Part shown: piece after piece, positions 25,861 through 32,000 of the stretch
Layout of the letters: each line of letters opens with the position of its first letter
Position numbering within the stretch: position 1 is the stretch's first letter
The notes under the pieces: model-generated
Seen by the model: the letters and a program-made list of their open reading frames with translations, nothing else
Databases searched by the model: none
Told to the model about the DNA's origin: nothing
Assembly (NCBI RefSeq): GCF_000020025.1
Contig: NC_010628.1
Coordinates: 6,090,001-6,122,000 of the forward strand
Length of the DNA stretch: 32,000 nucleotides
Source: Nostoc punctiforme PCC 73102
GTDB lineage: Bacteria; Cyanobacteriota; Cyanobacteriia; Cyanobacteriales; Nostocaceae
Direction: 5' to 3'
Made by a program: the position numbers and the translations under genes

Positions 25861-25973
25861 TGCTGTGTAGTTTTGTATGATAAGAAGCTAAAGCCAAATT
25901 AATTTGTGAAGAGTTAGGGGGAGTGGGGACTAGTGAAGAGTTTTTTCCCCATACCCCATCCCCATAATTTTAA

Positions 25974-26498
25974 TTACGCAGAAACTAAACGGCGTAAAGA
26001 TTCAGCACGGCGTTTAGCAATAGAGTTATTTGGATCAAACTTTAGTGCTTCTTCGTAACTTTGTAACGCCTGAGTAGTTAACTTTTTCTTCTCGTAAGCG
26101 TGTCCGAGATTATTCAACCCTGTTACGTAATCTGGTTTAGATTTCAGGGCTTCTTTATACTGACGAATTGCGAGGTCATATTGCTCTTGGGTAAAATAAA
26201 TATAACCCAGCCCATTGTAAATGGGGGCGATATCTTCTTCTCCCTCTTCTTCGGCAGCTTTCAGAGCTTTTTGAAAAAGCGCGATCGCTTGGGAATATAG
26301 TTTTTTTTCTGAATAAATACTGCCTAACTCATAATATTCTTGAGTCGTACCCTTTTCTTTCTCTAACTTCTTTCGCAATTTTGCAAAGGAGCCTTCAATC
26401 TTACGAGTTTTGAAAATCTGGCGAAAAACACTCACGGCTGCAATTGTGAGTATAAACACCAAAATTGAGAGATAAACAACGGCTAGACTGTTATCCAT
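25974..26498 (-). CDS. TPR-repeat protein with N-terminal membrane anchor
   Basis: 174 aa. It has a TM (VVYLSILVFILTIAAVSVF) and then three or four TPR units (YYELGSIY..AIALFQKAL; YNGLGYIY..AIRQYKEAL; LNNLGHAY..ALQSYEEAL). Confidence 0.8.
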   Translation of the reverse strand: MDNSLAVVYLSILVFILTIAAVSVFRQIFKTRKIEGSFAKLRKKLEKEKGTTQEYYELGSIYSEKKLYSQAIALFQKALKAAEEEGEEDIAPIYNGLGYIYFTQEQYDLAIRQYKEALKSKPDYVTGLNNLGHAYEKKKLTTQALQSYEEALKFDPNNSIAKRRAESLRRLVSA

Positions 26499-26523
26499 TG
26501 CTGCAAATACAAATATTATAAAG

Positions 26524-26572
26524 TTTGTTATTTGTCATTTGTTATTCACTAATGACTAATGACTAATGACCA
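26524..26572. repeat. STRR-like heptamer tract (TTTGTTA/TTTGTCA, then ACTAATG x3) forming an imperfect hairpin
   Basis: The sequence TTGTTATTTGTCATTTGTTATTCACTAATGACTAATGACTAATGACC lies between two minus-strand genes. Confidence 0.6.
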
Positions 26573-26574
26573 AT

Positions 26575-27390
26575 TTACGGTAAACCCCAATATTGAGAAC
26601 GTTGCTGGAGCCAACCTTGTTCTAAGTAACGAGCGATCGCTTGATTCACATTTCGTCTTAATTTATCGTACTGCAATCCCTTGGGCATAACTACAGACAA
26701 GGGTTCAGTTGATAACTTAGTTGGCAGTAGCTGATATTGAGGATATTGTTGCACCCAACCGCTTAGAACGGTAGCATCTGCGGCAAAGGCTACAGCGGCA
26801 TTACTTTCTATTTTCTCTCGCGCTTCGTGATATGAATTTACTCCTACCAACTCGGCGTTTGGCAGATAGAACCGCACTTTAGCAATAGTGCTGGAGTTGT
26901 TAAGTACGGCAATTTTTTGTTTTGCCAAATCACTCAACTTATTCACAGAGGCATCTTTTGTAACTAATACAGTGCCATCCAAATAGTAGGGAACACTGAA
27001 ACTAACTATACGGCTGCGTGACTCGGTTGCTGTCACCCTAGCGATCGCAAAATCAACTTTCTTGTCTAAGACTACAGACAGGCGATCGCGATTCGCTACA
27101 GGTTGCAATTTGACAGCATCTGTTTTCCCAACTAAGTCAAGTGCTAATCGCTGTGCCAAGTCAATTTCTAAGCCTTGCAAATTACCATTGGCATCTCTAA
27201 ATCCCAAGGGACGCAAGTTGTCTTTAACAGCAACGGTTAGATAGCCGCGCTGCTGAATTTCTGGCATTTCGGCGGCAGATGCAGTAAATCCTGTCCCCAC
27301 TATGGAAAAGCAAGATATCCAAAATATCGTGGCGGATAATACCAGATGTAACCGAGTAATTACTTGCCATCTGTTACATCTGTTATGCAT
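26575..27390 (-). CDS. Amino-acid ABC transporter substrate-binding protein (SBP_bac_3 type)
   Basis: A signal peptide ending TASAA, then LTVAVKDNLRPLGFRDANGNLQGLEIDLAQRLA, which is typical of polar amino-acid binding proteins. Confidence 0.8.
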   Translation of the reverse strand: MHNRCNRWQVITRLHLVLSATIFWISCFSIVGTGFTASAAEMPEIQQRGYLTVAVKDNLRPLGFRDANGNLQGLEIDLAQRLALDLVGKTDAVKLQPVANRDRLSVVLDKKVDFAIARVTATESRSRIVSFSVPYYLDGTVLVTKDASVNKLSDLAKQKIAVLNNSSTIAKVRFYLPNAELVGVNSYHEAREKIESNAAVAFAADATVLSGWVQQYPQYQLLPTKLSTEPLSVVMPKGLQYDKLRRNVNQAIARYLEQGWLQQRSQYWGLP

Positions 27391-27402
27391 CCGTGTCCAC
27401 CT

Positions 27403-27759
27403 TTATCCTTTAGCTTGACTTGCTAGTTCAGCAACTTTGCCGAAGCTAGCTGGATCGAGGACTGCTAATTGTGCCAACATCTTGCGATTTAGTTGGATAT
27501 CAGCTTTTTTTAAGTTACCGATCAACTGGCTGTAGCTCAAGCCGTGTTGTCTTGAAGCAGCGTTGATGCGGGTGATCCAGAGGCGACGAAAATCGCGCTT
27601 TTTCTTTTTGCGATCGCGGTAGGCACTGCGTAGTGCCTTCATTACTTGTTGGTTGGCAGTTCTAAACAGAGTTGAGTGAGAACCGCGAAAACCTTTAGCT
27701 AGTTTGAGAATTTTATTGCGGCGCTTCCGAGCTACATTACCGCGTTTTACCCGTGTCAT
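27403..27759 (-). CDS. rplT: 50S ribosomal protein L20
   Basis: [26 protein letters not shown]... Confidence 0.97.
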   Translation of the reverse strand: MTRVKRGNVARKRRNKILKLAKGFRGSHSTLFRTANQQVMKALRSAYRDRKKKKRDFRRLWITRINAASRQHGLSYSQLIGNLKKADIQLNRKMLAQLAVLDPASFGKVAELASQAKG

Positions 27760-27778
27760 AACTTATTTCCTGAAGGAC

Positions 27779-27976
27779 TTACAAATATGGGAGCATCAAG
27801 CGCACGTTGAGTTCATCGCGTTCATGTACAAGTGTGGTCTTGGACATGCTACGTTTTTTGTCGGAAGATTTGTGTTCTAAAAGGTGGCTTTTGCCAGCTT
27901 TCCGACGGACAATTTTTCCGGTGCCGGTGGCACGGAATCGCTTCGCTGCGGCTTTACGAGTCTTGAGTTTAGGCAT
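27779..27976 (-). CDS. rpmI: 50S ribosomal protein L35
   Basis: [36 protein letters not shown]... Confidence 0.97.
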   Translation of the reverse strand: MPKLKTRKAAAKRFRATGTGKIVRRKAGKSHLLEHKSSDKKRSMSKTTLVHERDELNVRLMLPYL

Positions 27977-28303
27977 GGTATAGCTTTAATTCGACACGAT
28001 CCATTATTATACTAATAAAATTGTTGTAATGGAAATTAAGTTAGATAGTCCGTTATAAACCACGTCTACACAATCAAAACCCACGAGGACGGGTTTAAAA
28101 CTTTGAATTTTCCCTTAGTCCTCGGAGACGGACTTTGCCTGTTTAGCCCCATTCAAGCAGTGTGCCATAGGTAATTCCATACGTCTTGGTTTTTTCGGAG
28201 CTTTTTACAGCGATCGCAAACGTCATCCCAAACTAATTCAGGATCAGCAAGAAAGACAATTACGCGCGAGTGTTTCACCAAATAATTACGAATTACGAAT
28301 TAG

Positions 28304-30364
28304 TTAATTCGCCGCTGTTTGGGCTTCTTGATAAATTATTTCTTGAAACTGAATCATATCTTTTTGCGGATCGGCATGGCTAACTTTCACCACTATCTGT
28401 TCGCCCAAGTTAACAGAACGTTTGAAAACCATTGGTAACTGCAAACCTAAATCTTCGATCAAAATTAGGGCCAAGTTGCTGTCTTCTCGCAACCACATCA
28501 ATACAGTTACATCCCAAGTTTCCTCTGGATGACGGCGTAAATACTCTAGAGCATAATATCTATTCGTTTGCCGTTCTACCATCGTCACCTCTTGGGTAAT
28601 GCTGGTGACATTCATCATCACTTCTTTAAGTTGATCTGCGGAAAATGGTAGAACTTCACCGCGCAAATGGGCTTTCAGTTGAAAGTGGGTAAGCAAATCA
28701 CTGTAGCGGCGGATGGGAGAGGTTGCTTGCGTGTAAGTATCCAAACCTAAACCAGCATGGCGCAGAGGCGTAATGCTCATTTCACTCTTGGGCATACAAC
28801 GACGCATGGCGCAAGCGCGAACGAATCCGGCTGGAAGTAGTAGTAATTCTTCTTCTGGGGGTAATTCCGGTTGGGGCTGACCGCGAAAGGGTAAAGGTAT
28901 GTTATGAGCTTTACCATAACGAGCCGCAACTTCACCGGCAACAATCATCATTTCTGCGACTACTTGCCGTGATGGGGAATCGTCCAAAATATCAATGTTG
29001 ATCTCGTCACCTTTGACTTTGATCGTTGCTTCGGGCATTGTGATGCTAATTGCCCCTTGAGCGTAACGCCAAGTTTTGCGCTTCTGTGCCCAACTTGCGA
29101 TCGCAGCAATTTCTGGTTCTGCCTGTACCCGTAATTGCAGCATTTCATCTACATCTTCGTAGGTAAGGCGATAAGTCGGCTTAATGGAACTGGTATGAAT
29201 GCTGTAATCTTCTACTCCCCCAGTTGTACCTAAAATAATTCCGAAGCTGAGGGCGCAACAAACCCGTCCCTGGATCAGACTCATTGGCCCAGTTGCCAAT
29301 ACCTCTGGGAACATAGGAATCATCCCCGTAGGTAAATAGACTGTGCTGCCCCGCTTTCTGGCTTCTAAATCTAATTCATCTTCCGGTACTAACCATCTGG
29401 TGGGATCGGCGATATGCACCCACAGGCGCTCCCGTCCATCGGGTAGAATTTCCCAACTTAGACCATCGTCGATCTCTGTGGTAGTTTCATCATCAATGGT
29501 GTAAACCTTCAGGTGAGTCAGATCAAGGCGGTTTGTATCTGAGTCAATCGGCGGGAAATCCAAACGCTGTTGCGCCACTTCTAACACCTTATTAGGAAAT
29601 TGAATCGGAATTGAAGAACGACGCAGGAACAAGTTTTCATAAGGACTCCAGCAACCCAAATCTACTAATAGTTGAAAAGCCCCTTGGGGCGTTGTGGGCC
29701 GTCCCAGCATGGTCATAGTTTCTAATACTGGAGCGCTTGGCGGATAAGCGCGAGCTAATGAATCATAATTAACTCCCGTCCGCACTGTGTCAGCAAGCAA
29801 CGCTGCGTATTTTTCTAGTCCTTCTAGACGCTGGCGATCGTGGCGCTGCCATTCTACTGCTTCGCCTTTGAGCGCCTGCTCAACACGAATTAAAAACTCC
29901 TGCTGTCCTTTAGCTTTTAATGCCTCTACTTCCATCTGGTGCTTACGTTCTGCCACCTGAGCAGCAGTTCGCGGCTCGTAAGCGTCTCCTTTTTGCTTGA
30001 AATAAAGTTTGTCGTCTGATAACAAGCAATAGGCGGCGTAACAATGAGGCGCGGCTGATTCCGAAAATAACAGATTCGCCATCAGCTCTGGGGTGATTGT
30101 TTCCCCATCTTCAACCAGTATTTCCCAAGCTACCTCTAAGCTAGATGGGTCTAAATAAGGGTTGACTTGCTCTAAAAAGCTCGCGATCTCAGAGGGCTTG
30201 TAAGTTTGTCCGGTAACTGTATAAGTTATTTGTCTAGGCGCGAGGCTGTGGGATTGACCACGTTCGTCTACCACAAACCAGCGGGTTTTACCGTCTGGAC
30301 GTTCTACGATCCCCAGACGGCGATCGCCTTGAACCCTAAATTCAACTAGCGTGCCCTTCTCCAC
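28304..30364 (-). CDS. RNase II/R-family 3'-5' exoribonuclease (VacB-like)
   Basis: RNB-domain motifs TIDDETTTEIDDGLS and ATSPIRRYSDLLTHFQLK, with a C-terminal S1-like region. Confidence 0.9.
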   Translation of the reverse strand: MEKGTLVEFRVQGDRRLGIVERPDGKTRWFVVDERGQSHSLAPRQITYTVTGQTYKPSEIASFLEQVNPYLDPSSLEVAWEILVEDGETITPELMANLLFSESAAPHCYAAYCLLSDDKLYFKQKGDAYEPRTAAQVAERKHQMEVEALKAKGQQEFLIRVEQALKGEAVEWQRHDRQRLEGLEKYAALLADTVRTGVNYDSLARAYPPSAPVLETMTMLGRPTTPQGAFQLLVDLGCWSPYENLFLRRSSIPIQFPNKVLEVAQQRLDFPPIDSDTNRLDLTHLKVYTIDDETTTEIDDGLSWEILPDGRERLWVHIADPTRWLVPEDELDLEARKRGSTVYLPTGMIPMFPEVLATGPMSLIQGRVCCALSFGIILGTTGGVEDYSIHTSSIKPTYRLTYEDVDEMLQLRVQAEPEIAAIASWAQKRKTWRYAQGAISITMPEATIKVKGDEINIDILDDSPSRQVVAEMMIVAGEVAARYGKAHNIPLPFRGQPQPELPPEEELLLLPAGFVRACAMRRCMPKSEMSITPLRHAGLGLDTYTQATSPIRRYSDLLTHFQLKAHLRGEVLPFSADQLKEVMMNVTSITQEVTMVERQTNRYYALEYLRRHPEETWDVTVLMWLREDSNLALILIEDLGLQLPMVFKRSVNLGEQIVVKVSHADPQKDMIQFQEIIYQEAQTAAN

Positions 30365-30669
30365 AACTCTCGCGCTCTAATAATTTTAGATTTTGCTTCC
30401 AACTTTGGTGCGCTTACAGCGCAACTTGGATTTTGGTGAAGCAGCGCGGTCTTGGGGGTTTCCCCCATGAGCGACTGCTGAACCCGAAGGGATTTTATAA
30501 CTGGATGTTTATCAAATCCTAAATCCAACAATTTTTTATGCAGCAATTTATTTTACACTCTCTGATTCAGATTTGAGATTTTGGACTCAGAAAGACAAAG
30601 CCAGATGTTTATTTAAATGCAGCTTCCCTTTAATAATCCAAAATCTAAAATTCCAAATCCAAAATTGCT

Positions 30670-30885
30670 CTAACCTTCCGCATTGATAAATGGCAACAAG
30701 GCCACAATCCGCGAACGTTTAATTGCTAATGTCAACTCTCGCTGTTGCTGAGACGTAAGCCCAGTAATCCGCCGTGGCAGTATTTTACCCCGCTCGGTGA
30801 CAAATTTACGCAATAAATCAACATCTTTATAATCGATTGGTTCTCCTGGCTTGATCGGAGAAAGACGACGACGGAAATAACTCAT
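30670..30885 (-). CDS. rpsR: 30S ribosomal protein S18
   Basis: ..[43 protein letters not shown].. Confidence 0.97.
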   Translation of the reverse strand: MSYFRRRLSPIKPGEPIDYKDVDLLRKFVTERGKILPRRITGLTSQQQRELTLAIKRSRIVALLPFINAEG

Positions 30886-30887
30886 CT

Positions 30888-31082
30888 CTACTTAATTTCC
30901 TTGTGAACGGTATGTTTGTTGCAGTGGGTGCAGAACTTTTTCAGTTCTAGCCTGTTGGTGGTGTTGCGGCGATTCTTTGTACTGGTATAACGTGAAACAC
31001 CAGCAGAACGCTTATCTGAATTTGTCCGGCACTCAGTACACTCTAGTGTGATAATAATGCGGGCACCTTTACTCTTAGCCAT
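30888..31082 (-). CDS. rpmG: 50S ribosomal protein L33
   Basis: [19 protein letters not shown]...[34 protein letters not shown], with a CxxC...CxxC zinc ribbon. Confidence 0.97.
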   Translation of the reverse strand: MAKSKGARIIITLECTECRTNSDKRSAGVSRYTSTKNRRNTTNRLELKKFCTHCNKHTVHKEIK

Positions 31083-31125
31083 AATCTTACAAACAGTGAA
31101 GCCTGAAGAGAATTAACACAAATGA

Positions 31126-31683
31126 CTATCTTCTCACATTCCGCCGCATATTTTCAACTAATCTTTTAACTTTTATATCAAGTGAGTAGCCACGACGCGA
31201 CGAAACAATGAAAGTTCCACAATAGCGATCGTGCAAAGCCTGCCGCATCTGGGTATCAGAGAAGGCAGTCGCACAATCAATTGCCAGGGGAAGTACTAGC
31301 AGTATAGCAGTGGGATTGGCTCTAATATTGCTTAGGGCAATTGACACCAAAAGCGCACCTAAACCAACGATCGCCTCTCGTTTCACCAGCGAGAGCAAAT
31401 CTGGAATTCTGCCCACTACTTCACCATCTTCGACTTCCAACACCTTTAAATCGAACGCCCAACGCCCTAAACTTTGGCCTTGATTGTTGTATACCACCAA
31501 CACCCGTAAAACTAGCCAGAATATGACAAAAACTAAGATTTGCATAAATTGAATCCCGATATCGCCGCCTCCAAGTAGGGAACTGACTAACCAGACACCA
31601 AGGAAATCAAGCCCTAAAGCCATACCTCGCCGCCCAATTTCAGCCTTGGGATAGTGTTTTTGGGGAAGTCGTTCGATAGTCAT
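31126..31683 (-). CDS. RDD-family membrane protein
   Basis: 185 aa. GRRGMALGLDFLGVWLVSSLL is followed by further TM segments and ..LHDRYCGTFIV, matching the RDD-domain layout. Confidence 0.75.
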   Translation of the reverse strand: MTIERLPQKHYPKAEIGRRGMALGLDFLGVWLVSSLLGGGDIGIQFMQILVFVIFWLVLRVLVVYNNQGQSLGRWAFDLKVLEVEDGEVVGRIPDLLSLVKREAIVGLGALLVSIALSNIRANPTAILLVLPLAIDCATAFSDTQMRQALHDRYCGTFIVSSRRGYSLDIKVKRLVENMRRNVRR

Positions 31684-31891
31684 ACAAAATAAGTATTTTT
31701 ATTTAGGGGTTGGAGAATAATCATTGCTCCTATTTTTTATCTTAAGGTGATGACTTGGCTTTGGCGTTTAAACCGTTACACCCATAGAAAAGTCCCATAG
31801 TTAGGGCGTTCATGCTGCCCATTGCACAAGAGTCTGTTTTGGAAAAATATCGTATTGTATTGTTGGAGAAACTATTTGGCAGTTGTATTTA

Positions 31892-32000
31892 TGACACATC
31901 TGTTTGCTAAAACAGCTATTAGGATGGTGACGAGTACTGCTTTAGCATTAGCGATCGCTATAACCACTCACGATCTAGCTGATGCTGCTGAGTTCAACTT
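31892..32000 (+). CDS. 5' end of an ORF with a signal-peptide-like start (partial; runs off the window)
   Basis: MTHLFAKTAIRMVTSTALALAIAITTHDLADAAEFN... Only 36 codons are visible, so both coding status and product are uncertain. Confidence 0.35.

Noticed and set aside
25685-25897. 70-aa minus-strand ORF between the amine oxidase and the TPR gene
   Set aside because: It spans the nested dispersed repeat, and the Arg-rich translation is a by-product of the GC-rich palindromes.
27977-28303. Hairpins in the rpmI leader (AAACCC..GGGTTT at 28077-28096; AGTCC..GGACT at 28117-28134) as an L20-type autoregulatory leader
   Set aside because: The sequence looks more like a Nostoc dispersed repeat that I half-remember than a ribosomal leader. 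With one copy in the window I can support neither reading.
30346-30546. 66-aa minus-strand ORF upstream of the RNase II/R gene
   Set aside because: It overlaps the RNase start and a palindromic repeat (..GCGGTCTTGGGGGTTTCCCCCATGAGCGACTGC..). I see no coding signal.

Overview
This is a chromosomal segment from a filamentous, Nostocales-type cyanobacterium. The taxonomic call rests on 25 HIP1 octamers (GCGATCGC) counted by eye, STRR-like heptamer tracts, small dispersed palindromic repeats, and chlB with other cyanobacterial gene content. The window opens with the 3' end of an rrn operon (23S tail, 5S, terminator) and an IS630-family transposase relic. Most of the rest is housekeeping: parvulin and cyclophilin PPIases, dapB, cobH, a TPM-domain protein, a YtxH/DUF948 pair, a TroA-family metal-binding lipoprotein, an M48 peptidase, a PPP phosphatase, DUF2470, chlB, a copper amine oxidase, a TPR protein, an amino-acid binding protein, rpmI-rplT, an RNase II/R enzyme, rpmG-rpsR and an RDD protein. 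The clearly accessory stretch is about 15.8-20.9 kb, between the DUF2470 gene and chlB. It holds an intact 1051-aa CyRepA1-like (DUF3854/Toprim + P-loop helicase) plasmid replication protein with a 520-bp AT-rich, ORF-poor leader. Directly behind chlB it also holds a 1.0-kb two-gene cassette, which I read as a toxin-like 128-aa protein plus an immunity-like 156-aa protein. That cassette is bracketed by two diverged copies of the last 68 nt of chlB. Their differences fall almost only on third codon positions, so the cassette arrived together with a foreign chlB terminus. I consider this chlB-terminus insertion, its two-gene payload and the neighbouring replication module the best candidate for something undescribed. 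All functional calls come from reading the translations, with no database search.
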